From: a candidate division FCPU426 bacterium
Lineage (GTDB): Bacteria; Oederibacteriota; Muellerivitia; Muellerivitales; Muellerivitaceae
Direction: 5' to 3'
NCBI GenBank assembly: GCA_963847625.1
Contig: CAWKAR010000003.1
Location: 64,001 to 128,000, forward strand
DNA length: 64,000 bases
Within the stretch, counting starts at the first letter, position 1. Every line of letters begins with the position of its first letter. A program made the position numbers and the translations under genes. Shown piece by piece: positions 20,130 to 28,727 of this stretch. The notes under the pieces are model-generated. The model did no database searches, was not told the DNA's origin, and saw only the letters and a list, made by a program, of their open reading frames with translations.

Positions 20130-21419
20130 TCACCTCGCCTCCCGCTTGAGCTGCCATAAACGGACCATGGAGAAAATAAAAAGCGCGGCGAACATGAGCA
20201 TGGCCATGGCGGAAGCATATCCCAAATCCATGGCCCCAAAGGCCGTCTTATAGATATAGGTTCCGATAACCTCCGTGGTATGCATGGGGCCGCCGTTGGT
20301 CATCACATACACCTCCGTGAACACCTGGAACGTCGTCAGGACTTGGATGATCAAGAGAATTCCCATCACCGGCCGCAGGTGGGGAATGGTAATGTTGAAC
20401 ACCTTATGGAAAACACCGGCTCCGTCCAGTTCCGCCGCCTCATAGAGCTCCTCGGGCAGGCTTTGGAGATACGCGAAATAAATGAGCATGTACCATCCCA
20501 GGTTCTTCCAGACGAACATGACAACGATGGAAATCAGGGCCCACCGTGGATTGGTCAGCCAACCCACCTGGAGGTCCGGGGAATGGAGGAGATTCCCCAG
20601 GATGGAGTTCAGGACGCCGAAACCCTCGTCGCACATCCACTTCCAGAGGTTCGCCGCGGGGATGGAAGGAATGATGAAGGGAATGAGATAGAGAAACTTC
20701 AGGAGGCCCTTTCCCGCCGGAATCTCGTTTAAAAAGACGGCTAGGAGGATGGGAGGCCAGAAGCCCAGCACCAGGGAGATGAGGGTAAAGGAAACCGCGT
20801 TCATGACCGTCTGCTGGAAAAGGGGGTCCTGGAAGGCCCGGTTATAATTGTCCCAGCCAACCGGGAAGCTTTTTCCGAGGGGGCTGTAATGGTTCAGGCT
20901 GACCAGGAACCCTTGGACGAGTGGATACAGGAAAAAAAGCCCGAAAAAAACAAGGGCCGGAAACAGGAACCAAAAGGCCTGGGCCCGGTAGCCAAGCGGG
21001 TGCCAGGCGGCTTTACCCTGCCGGATGGGTTTGTCGCGTTCGACGGGTTTGTCGAAGATGGAGGCGGTGACGCGCCTGTCCCGGATTTTTCCCGTTTCTT
21101 TCCTTTTTCGGATCAAATCCTTGGCCCTGTCTTCCATCGATTTTTCGGCCTGTCCCTTTAGGAAGGGGGTTTTTTTCAGGGCGTCGGACTCCCGCGGGCT
21201 GGCCTCACCGGTTCCTTTCGTGCCGGAGGAAGGCGCCCGGGCGCCCAGCTCCAGCTGTTTCATCATGTCCCGGCGGGTTTCCTTGTCCTCCTGGGACGGC
21301 CCATCCTCGATTTCCAGGTTCAGTTCCTCATCCTGCGCCTGGGGGTCCGGCGGAAGAATCGGTCCTTTTTTCTCCTCATCGTCGTCGTAAATGGAGAAAG
21401 GCTTGAAGGGTTCAGTCAT
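20130..21419 (-). CDS. Carbohydrate ABC transporter permease (MalF-like) with charged N-terminal extension
   Basis: LYEAAELDGA, VYVMTNGGP; about 140 hydrophilic residues precede the first TM. Confidence 0.9.
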   Translation of the reverse strand: MTEPFKPFSIYDDDEEKKGPILPPDPQAQDEELNLEIEDGPSQEDKETRRDMMKQLELGARAPSSGTKGTGEASPRESDALKKTPFLKGQAEKSMEDRAKDLIRKRKETGKIRDRRVTASIFDKPVERDKPIRQGKAAWHPLGYRAQAFWFLFPALVFFGLFFLYPLVQGFLVSLNHYSPLGKSFPVGWDNYNRAFQDPLFQQTVMNAVSFTLISLVLGFWPPILLAVFLNEIPAGKGLLKFLYLIPFIIPSIPAANLWKWMCDEGFGVLNSILGNLLHSPDLQVGWLTNPRWALISIVVMFVWKNLGWYMLIYFAYLQSLPEELYEAAELDGAGVFHKVFNITIPHLRPVMGILLIIQVLTTFQVFTEVYVMTNGGPMHTTEVIGTYIYKTAFGAMDLGYASAMAMLMFAALFIFSMVRLWQLKREAR

Positions 21420-21479
21420 GGCGGCCCCCCTTCCTTCCCCGCGTTTGAAAACCGGGGGATGATATTTGATTTTTAGTGT

Positions 21480-22796
21480 TCATGGGGTTACGGTTCCTCC
21501 CCATTTCGAGAGGATATCCCGGTCCGCCGCCTTGGCATTCGCCGTCAACAACCGTTGCGGATCGGCGTCCGGGTCCAGGAAAATTTCTTGGAGCGGATCC
21601 TGGTCCAACATTTCGCGGACCTGGGGCCAGCCCCTCACATGGGGTTCGAAGTGGGCCGTTTCCAGGACGTCCTTCACCATCTTAAAGTCGGGAAGGTCCG
21701 CCACTTCCGTAGCCGAGCTGAAGGCTCCGGGGAAAATGGGCATTTTCAACTCGTGCATGCGGGTCCATTTCCAAAGCTGGTTAACCGGGGAAAGCTCGAA
21801 TTCGATCCATTTCCAGGCCGCTAGTTTTGTTTCCTCGGTTGCGGACGCGTTGATGACGTAGACTTCCCCGCCCAAGTGGGCCGCCCGGCCGGCGGGTCCG
21901 GCAGGCAGGGGCGCGATTCCGAAGGTTTGAGGCGAAATCTTATACCGGGCGATCAGGGCCGGCAGTTGGTTGGCGACCCCGAAGGTCATGGCGACCTTGC
22001 CCAAGGCAAAGAGGTGGAGCAATTCCGTCTCGGGGATCAGCACGTCCGGTTCCAAAACATTGTACTTCCACCTCAAATCCTTCCAAAACTTCAAGGCCTG
22101 GACCGCCGGCGGCTCCCCGAAGGCCGCGTGGACCTTTCCGTTCTCGCCGCGGATCATTTCCCCGCCCGCCTGCCAAACGAAATCCTGGAAATACCAGGTT
22201 TTCGGGGCCAAGCCAAGGCCGAATTGCCCTTCCTGCCTTCGGGTCAGGAGCTTGGCGTCCTTGGCCAGTTCCCCCCAGGTGGCGGGGGGTGTTTCCGGGA
22301 AGAGGCCCGCTTTCGCGAAAAGATCCTTTCGGTAAAAGAGAAACAGGAAATAAGTATCCGCAGGAACCCCGTAATAGTGGTTAACCACCTTGACGCTTTC
22401 CCAGAGCACGGGCTTGATGAAATCCCTTTGGCTCCAGTTCTGGATGTAGGCGTCCACGGGCTGGAGAAAATCCATATTGGCGAGGGTTTGGATGGCTCCG
22501 ACCCAGACCTTGACCAGGTCCGGCCCCTTGCCCCCGGCCATCACGGTGATGAATTCCTCCGGTTGGTATTCCCTTTCCTCGCCCTCCACCAGGATGCCCG
22601 GATTGGCCTTTTCAAACCGTTCCACCGTCTCATCCCACAACTGGCGGTCCAAGGGGAGGGATTTCGGTGGAACGTTCCAAAGATGGAGATGGACGATGGT
22701 TTTGTCCAGGAGCGTTTGGTGGTTTTGATCGGCCAGGTACTGGCTGAAACCGAAAGCCAGGCCGGCCAAGGCGACGAGTGTCAGGAACCATCTCAT
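21480..22796 (-). CDS. Sugar ABC transporter substrate-binding protein
   Basis: Signal anchor; FEKANPGI, LFYRKDLFAKAG, PPATW. Confidence 0.9.
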   Translation of the reverse strand: MRWFLTLVALAGLAFGFSQYLADQNHQTLLDKTIVHLHLWNVPPKSLPLDRQLWDETVERFEKANPGILVEGEEREYQPEEFITVMAGGKGPDLVKVWVGAIQTLANMDFLQPVDAYIQNWSQRDFIKPVLWESVKVVNHYYGVPADTYFLFLFYRKDLFAKAGLFPETPPATWGELAKDAKLLTRRQEGQFGLGLAPKTWYFQDFVWQAGGEMIRGENGKVHAAFGEPPAVQALKFWKDLRWKYNVLEPDVLIPETELLHLFALGKVAMTFGVANQLPALIARYKISPQTFGIAPLPAGPAGRAAHLGGEVYVINASATEETKLAAWKWIEFELSPVNQLWKWTRMHELKMPIFPGAFSSATEVADLPDFKMVKDVLETAHFEPHVRGWPQVREMLDQDPLQEIFLDPDADPQRLLTANAKAADRDILSKWGGTVTP

Positions 22797-22945
22797 GGAA
22801 TGGGTCAACCTTTGTGAATGATTTTGTTTATTCGCATGAACCGATGCGATGAACCGCTATGAAATTTCCTGTTCTTAAAGCACCGGGAATATCTTAACAA
22901 ATCGGCATGGGTTTGGAAAAAGGAAACGGCCCCTCAGAAGCCCGG

Positions 22946-25351
22946 TTATTCCGGCTTCGTCAGGAGCGTGATGACCGCCCGTCTTTGTTTTTCATCCGGC
23001 GCCGGGCCCGATTCGGTCTTCAAGGGGTCCCGTTCGGCATAGCCGACCGCATAAAGGGTATTCGGGGGAAAAGAAAGAATTTTCCTGAGGTGTTTTTCGA
23101 CCGCGGCCGCCCTTTGGTGGGACAAGGACAGCCGATCCCCCTCCTCTCCCGGGGCCGTGTAGCCTTTGACGACCAGCAGGCATTTGTTGAGGTAGGGCCG
23201 GATGGCTTCCACGGTTTTCTCGATTTCTTTCTGGCCTTTATCCGTCAGGTCGGCCGTCGAATCGGCGAAATAAACCGAAGCCAGGCTTATGGCCATGTAC
23301 TCCCCCGCGGTGCCGGGCCCGGCCTCCAACTGGAGGAAATAGGGGTCGGAGGTGGAGGTGTTTCCCGCCCGGTCCGTGGCCGAGAAGGCGATTCTCAACA
23401 GGGAACCCGGGTCGGCTGGCTGTCCTTCGGAAGTATTCCCATCCCAAAGAACTTCCGTGGGGGGCTGCCCGCTTCCTTGGAAAGTTCTCACCACTTCCAG
23501 GTTTTCCCCGCTGAGTTCGACCTTCCAATCCTGGAACCCCGCCAAATCCGCCGAAGCGAGGGCCATCCGGTACTGTTTTTTCGACTTGAAGTCGAACCAG
23601 TTGTCCTGCCCCTTCAAGGAAAGCTCCGGAGGGGTGTTGCACACGTAAACGTGAAGCGCGTCCGTTTTCAGGGGGTTACCCGCCTTGTCCTCGGCCAGGA
23701 GCAGGCAAAGATAGGTCCCATCCCCAACGCGGATATGGTCCATCCCCTTGCCGTCCCAAAGGAGGGTCTTGGGGAGCCGGTTCTTGCCTTTTTTCGCGAG
23801 GACCACCTTGTTCGAGGAAGCCTCACTGATTTCGAAATCCCAATGGTCCACTTCCCGGCTTCCGCCCGGCTCAACCGTGAAAAGAAGTTCGCGCTTCTTT
23901 TTATGGCCCCGGAGCGAGAAATAGGGGTTCTCGACCTGGATCCCGAAACGGGACCGGGGCGATATGATTTCCACCTTCTCAAAATCTTCTGAAAGGGTCT
24001 CGTTTTTGTCGTTGAAGGTTTTTAACACCACGCGGTAGGTCCCCTCGGGCGCCGGTTTCCCCTTGTCGTCCATGCCGTCCCAAGCCAGGTAGGGCAGGAG
24101 GGATCCCGTGCCCCCGATCCGCCGGATGTCCCTTTGCTGGGAATCCTGGAATATCAGGACCCATCGGGCGGTATCCGCGGCCCAGTCTTCCGGGAATGAA
24201 ATGACGGTTGTTTTTTGCCTGCCGGAGGGGGAGAAAGCCGGCGGCTCGATGCGGATGTTCAATTTCCTCAGGGGAACCGGCGAAACAGGCTTTCCCTCGG
24301 TGGAAGTCAATTCCGTCGTTTCGGAGGGGCTCCCGATGTTGATCTCGGCCGGAGCGGACGCCGTTTCAGTAGGTCCTTTGGCTTGGAAAACATGGTCGAA
24401 CCTGTAAATGAAATCAAGGAAATGGCCGAACTGCCCGCTGTCCCTGGAAACCCTGAACGCGTAATCCACTTCGAGCGGCTGGGAAGGGTGGTATCCAGCG
24501 CCGAAGGAGAAAGACCCGTCGGTGTTGAAAAGGCCCTCGTAGCCCAAACGCAGGCTGTAGGTTTTCTGGTCCAGGAAATGTTCCGCACCGATCCTCAAGC
24601 GGTTTTGAAGGGAGGAAGACTCCAAGACCTGGTCGGCGATTTGATAGTCCATTTCCAGCCGGGTGTCGGTCAGGGCCTCGTAGGCCGCTCCCAGGACGAA
24701 GGCGCGGGGCAGGGTCTGCTCGTTGGAATTGTTAAACCTTATATCCGTGTCCAGGTCTTTGACCGCCAAAGCAAAGGATGCCAGGGTTCCCTGGGCGTTG
24801 CGCAGGTCGTACAGAATCCCCAAATCCAGGCCGATCCCCCTTCCCGGGACCTGGTCCGCGCCCATGGGCGTGGATAGGGCAAGGTACTTGATATTGAAAC
24901 CCATCAGAAAATCCCTCGAGGAATTCAAGGGAATCCCGACGGAACCGATATAGCTGGTGACGGAATTAGGGGATTTGGGAAAGTCCGAATATTGGGAAAG
25001 GCCGAAGACCGTCCCATCCTGGAGGGGCACCAAAACACCGGTATTGAGATGGAAGTCGGAATTAGCCGGGAGGTACCCCAACCCCAATTGCACCAAAGGA
25101 TCGGTCGCCCGCGTCACGCCTGCCGGGTTCCAGAGGATCGAATGGGTCCCCCCGGAAATAGCCGCGACCGCCTCGCCCATCCCGATTCCGTATGCGTCCT
25201 GGTCTAGGTTCAAATAAAGGGCTTGGGCGGGCTTCAATATAAGAAAGGATATTGTCAGGAAAATTCCGGCGATCCACTGGGCTTTTCTGAGGGGTTTTTG
25301 GGGGAGAATCATTCTTTTAGGAATATGGTGGAGTCGGTTATTCGTGAACAT
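22946..25351 (-). CDS. PorV/FadL-like barrel + FlgD-type Ig repeats + OmpA domain fusion
   Basis: GIGMGEA...WNPAG barrel signature; three WDG...G.Y Ig repeats; C-terminal VYF...GYT...LSHQRA...RRAVI. Confidence 0.75.
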   Translation of the reverse strand: MFTNNRLHHIPKRMILPQKPLRKAQWIAGIFLTISFLILKPAQALYLNLDQDAYGIGMGEAVAAISGGTHSILWNPAGVTRATDPLVQLGLGYLPANSDFHLNTGVLVPLQDGTVFGLSQYSDFPKSPNSVTSYIGSVGIPLNSSRDFLMGFNIKYLALSTPMGADQVPGRGIGLDLGILYDLRNAQGTLASFALAVKDLDTDIRFNNSNEQTLPRAFVLGAAYEALTDTRLEMDYQIADQVLESSSLQNRLRIGAEHFLDQKTYSLRLGYEGLFNTDGSFSFGAGYHPSQPLEVDYAFRVSRDSGQFGHFLDFIYRFDHVFQAKGPTETASAPAEINIGSPSETTELTSTEGKPVSPVPLRKLNIRIEPPAFSPSGRQKTTVISFPEDWAADTARWVLIFQDSQQRDIRRIGGTGSLLPYLAWDGMDDKGKPAPEGTYRVVLKTFNDKNETLSEDFEKVEIISPRSRFGIQVENPYFSLRGHKKKRELLFTVEPGGSREVDHWDFEISEASSNKVVLAKKGKNRLPKTLLWDGKGMDHIRVGDGTYLCLLLAEDKAGNPLKTDALHVYVCNTPPELSLKGQDNWFDFKSKKQYRMALASADLAGFQDWKVELSGENLEVVRTFQGSGQPPTEVLWDGNTSEGQPADPGSLLRIAFSATDRAGNTSTSDPYFLQLEAGPGTAGEYMAISLASVYFADSTADLTDKGQKEIEKTVEAIRPYLNKCLLVVKGYTAPGEEGDRLSLSHQRAAAVEKHLRKILSFPPNTLYAVGYAERDPLKTESGPAPDEKQRRAVITLLTKPE

Positions 25352-25482
25352 GGGCTAATTAATATAAATCAACAGGCCACGTGGAAAAAGCCCTATTTGG
25401 GAAGGTTTTGTGGGGAAATTAGTGACTCATCCTTGGAATTTTCAAACAATTCAGCCTGGTTGATGGTTCCCTACCCGATTTT

Positions 25483-26808
25483 TTAATACCCACTGGTAGG
25501 CGTGGCGGTGGAGGATACCTTTCCGTTTCCGGCGGGGCCATAGGTACAGCCGGCATTTTCCCCGGGGCTACCAGCCTTTACTAATTCCGTGCCGGAAAAT
25601 AAATTTGAATTATCTATTAAGGAAATGATACCGCCACCGCCCCCCCCACCGTTATATTCACCGTTGGAACCGTTCGCAATTAATGATCCGGTACCGGTAA
25701 TGGTGTTGGCCTCGATCAAAATGGACCCACCGCCCCCCCCTCCGCTGTCAGTGTCTTGTGTATTTATCTTTCCACTCATATCAATGGTTCCATTGATGGT
25801 TGCGGGCCCGGTTAATTTATTACCGACAGGATCATAGACAATAATCCATAGCAATGAGCCGCCGTAATTCGTCCCAAGGGCCCCGCTGGCTAATCCCCCG
25901 TCTAAAGACGGGTGAACCGGATCGTCATTTGCCGGTCCACCGTAAACCGTTACGCTCACAGAGGAATTACAATATTCAACGTAAGTTACGCCCCCACCGG
26001 CCCCGCCATGGCCGCCACCGCCGAAAGCGCCTAATCCACCGCAATCATTGCTTTCCCAAAAGCCTCCCAATCCCGCTGAAGATCCTTCGCCCAGGCCAAC
26101 TCCATTGAGAGTGGCGCCGGCATCCAATGTGAAACATGTCGCGAAGATGGTCACTCCGTCCGAAATGTAAATCGTCGCGCCCGCTAGGATGTGCACGCAT
26201 CCCAAATCATAAGTGCCGTTGGTTAAAGTCGTCACGCCGGAGAAATTGCTCCAATCCACCGCTGGAGTGGAGGTGGAAGTCGATGTCGCCGTTGAAGTAA
26301 ACGTAGGGGTGTTAATAGCCGTTAGCGTATTCGTGTTGGTCGGGGTGGTGGTCATCGTGGGCGTGTCAATAATGATGGGTGTGGACGTATTGGTGGGAGT
26401 GCCTGCTGCGGTGTCCGTGGAGGTGGGGGTCGAAGCCGGGAACGAAGTGTCCGTTGGGGTATTCGTTGGAATCTGGGTGAGCGTATTCGAGGGTGTATCG
26501 GTGGATGCCGGAATAGGCGAATTTGTTGGGGTATTCATTGCCGTTGGAATGGAGGTTGGGGTTGAGGTAGAAGACGGAATGGGGGTATTCGTAGCGTTGT
26601 TCGTCGCCGTTGAAGTGAGAGACGTAGTAGAAGTGTCAACGGGTGTCGAATTGGGCGTATCCGTCACTTGCGGGGTCGGTGTATAGGTTGGGTTCAACGC
26701 GGGCGATAAGGGATTGGTGGAATAGGATTTACTGCAACCGACAATTAGTGATCCAATCGAAACACCAGCCAAAAGGAACCAACTGATCCAAGCCCTTTTA
26801 TTTCTCAT
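25483..26808 (-). CDS. Thr/Pro-stalk lipoprotein with Gly-rich C-terminal domain (copy 1)
   Basis: IVGC lipobox, T/P stalk, GGGGHGG and GGGGGGSILIEA motifs. Confidence 0.8.
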   Translation of the reverse strand: MRNKRAWISWFLLAGVSIGSLIVGCSKSYSTNPLSPALNPTYTPTPQVTDTPNSTPVDTSTTSLTSTATNNATNTPIPSSTSTPTSIPTAMNTPTNSPIPASTDTPSNTLTQIPTNTPTDTSFPASTPTSTDTAAGTPTNTSTPIIIDTPTMTTTPTNTNTLTAINTPTFTSTATSTSTSTPAVDWSNFSGVTTLTNGTYDLGCVHILAGATIYISDGVTIFATCFTLDAGATLNGVGLGEGSSAGLGGFWESNDCGGLGAFGGGGHGGAGGGVTYVEYCNSSVSVTVYGGPANDDPVHPSLDGGLASGALGTNYGGSLLWIIVYDPVGNKLTGPATINGTIDMSGKINTQDTDSGGGGGGSILIEANTITGTGSLIANGSNGEYNGGGGGGGIISLIDNSNLFSGTELVKAGSPGENAGCTYGPAGNGKVSSTATPTSGY

Positions 26809-26844
26809 CTTTATCCTTTTCTGGAGTAATTGTTCATCGATTTT

Positions 26845-28227
26845 TTAATATCCGGAGGCGGGTGCCGCGGAATAAGACACGATCCCGTTCCCTCCCGCGC
26901 CTTCGGTGCAACCGGCGCAACTCCCCGCGCCTCCGCCCGCTGCGGAAATGTTGCCGGAAAAACCGTTGTTTCCGATCAAGGAAATAATCCCCCCGCCGCT
27001 GGCCCCGCCCCTCATGTAACCGTTTTGGCCATTCGCCTTCAATGTCCCGGAACCCCTAACCGTGTTGGCTTCTATCAGGATGCCGCCTCCCGCGCCCGCG
27101 GCCTGGGTTGGCATCATTGTTCCTTGGCCGCTTACGTCGATGGTTCCATTGATCGTGGCCGGGCCTGTTACCTGATTTTGGACCGGGTCGTAAACAACGA
27201 TCCATATCAAGGCCCCGCCGTAACCGACGCTTTGAGCACCGCCTCCACAACCACCTCCCCAGGCGGGATGGACCGGGTCGTCAAAGGCCGCGCCGCCGGA
27301 AGCTGAGACTGTGACCGGTGGATTACAAGGGTAATTGACCGTGACACCTGCTCCTGCGCCGCCGTGTCCCCCGCCTCCATAAGCGCCTACTTCGCAGGAA
27401 TAGTTAATGTTTGAATACCCGGAACCAGGGCCACCCATTGAGTAACCGCTTATAGTTGAATTCGCGTCCATCGTGAAGCAAGTGGCGAAGATGGTCACCC
27501 CGCCCCAGATATTGATGGACGAGCCCGACAACATATGCACACAGCCCAAATTATAAGTACCTGATAATGTTGTCACGCCGGCGAAATGGCTCCAATCCAC
27601 CGTTGGAGTGGAGGTGGAGGTAGAGGTCACCGTCGAAGTGGACGTCGGTGTTGGGGTACCGGTGGATGCCGTAAAAGGTGGGTTCGTCGCTGTGGGGGTG
27701 GGTGTGGGGGTTGGTGTGTCCGCAGGCGGCCACGTAGGCGTGGAAGTGGGGGTTGAAATCGGAAGGGGAGTATCCGTTGAAGTATTGGATGGAATCTGGG
27801 TGGGCGTATTCGAGGGTGTATCGGTGGATGCTGGAATAGGCGAATTCGTTGGGGTATTCGTTGCCGTTGGAATGGAGGTTGGGGTTGATGTGTCTATGGG
27901 TATCGAAGTTGGGGTGGAGGTTGATGTCAGAATGGACGTACTCGTGGAACTGTTCATTGCCGTGGGTATGGAGGTTGGGGTTGAGGTGGAAGACGGAACA
28001 GGGATATCCGTAGAACTGTTCGTTGCCATTAATGTGGGTGTCGGCGTTGAAGTGTCTGTGGGAGTCGAAATGGGGGTGTCCGTCACTTGCGGGGTCGGTG
28101 TATAGGTTGGATTCAACGTGGGCGATAAGGGATTGGTTGAAAAGGATTTACTACATCCGCTTATCAGGGAACCGGCTGATACGCCGGCCAAAAGGAACCA
28201 ACTGATCCAGGGCCTGGTTTTTCCCAT
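26845..28227 (-). CDS. Thr/Pro-stalk lipoprotein with Gly-rich C-terminal domain (copy 2)
   Basis: ISGC lipobox; same architecture and near-identical DNA blocks as the neighbour. Confidence 0.8.
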   Translation of the reverse strand: MGKTRPWISWFLLAGVSAGSLISGCSKSFSTNPLSPTLNPTYTPTPQVTDTPISTPTDTSTPTPTLMATNSSTDIPVPSSTSTPTSIPTAMNSSTSTSILTSTSTPTSIPIDTSTPTSIPTATNTPTNSPIPASTDTPSNTPTQIPSNTSTDTPLPISTPTSTPTWPPADTPTPTPTPTATNPPFTASTGTPTPTSTSTVTSTSTSTPTVDWSHFAGVTTLSGTYNLGCVHMLSGSSINIWGGVTIFATCFTMDANSTISGYSMGGPGSGYSNINYSCEVGAYGGGGHGGAGAGVTVNYPCNPPVTVSASGGAAFDDPVHPAWGGGCGGGAQSVGYGGALIWIVVYDPVQNQVTGPATINGTIDVSGQGTMMPTQAAGAGGGILIEANTVRGSGTLKANGQNGYMRGGASGGGIISLIGNNGFSGNISAAGGGAGSCAGCTEGAGGNGIVSYSAAPASGY

Positions 28228-28423
28228 CTTTTCCCTCCCTTTTGGGTTTCCGCTGATTGTATTGATCGTTCTAATATCTAGACTCCCTTCCCTATAAAAA
28301 AATCCAAAAAAATGAAAAAATTTTGAAAAAGGCCGAAAAACTGAGCTTTTCCCATGCTTTTTTTGCCAATACCAACCTGGCCAATTGAAAACGACAGGTA
28401 GGTAAGGATGAATGGAAAAGCAG

Positions 28424-28726
28424 TTATTTAAGTTTTTCGGCGAGTTGGTAAAGGGTGGGGGTCAGGAATATCCGGATGAAATGGAGGGCTAAGATGGCGA
28501 AAAGCGGCGATAAATCCAAACCCCCGATCCGCCAGGGCGGCACCAGCCGGCGGAAGGGCCTTAAAAGGGGCTCAGTGATGGTCGGGACACCGCGCACGAT
28601 GGTGTTGTAGGGATCGGCGTGGACCCAGAATAAAATCACCCGGGCAATGACGAGGATTTCCAGGAATGCCAGGGCCCAATCGACGATCCAAGCCATGGCC
28701 GATATTAAATTCCCCAGGATGAACAT
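28424..28726 (-). CDS. YggT family membrane protein
   Basis: ILFWVHADPYN, TEPLLRPFRR, LDLSPL. Confidence 0.88.
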   Translation of the reverse strand: MFILGNLISAMAWIVDWALAFLEILVIARVILFWVHADPYNTIVRGVPTITEPLLRPFRRLVPPWRIGGLDLSPLFAILALHFIRIFLTPTLYQLAEKLK

Positions 28727-28727
28727 T

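Noticed and set aside
22907..23992. 361-aa plus-strand ORF
   Set aside because: Antisense to the OmpA-domain gene, with no recognisable motifs.
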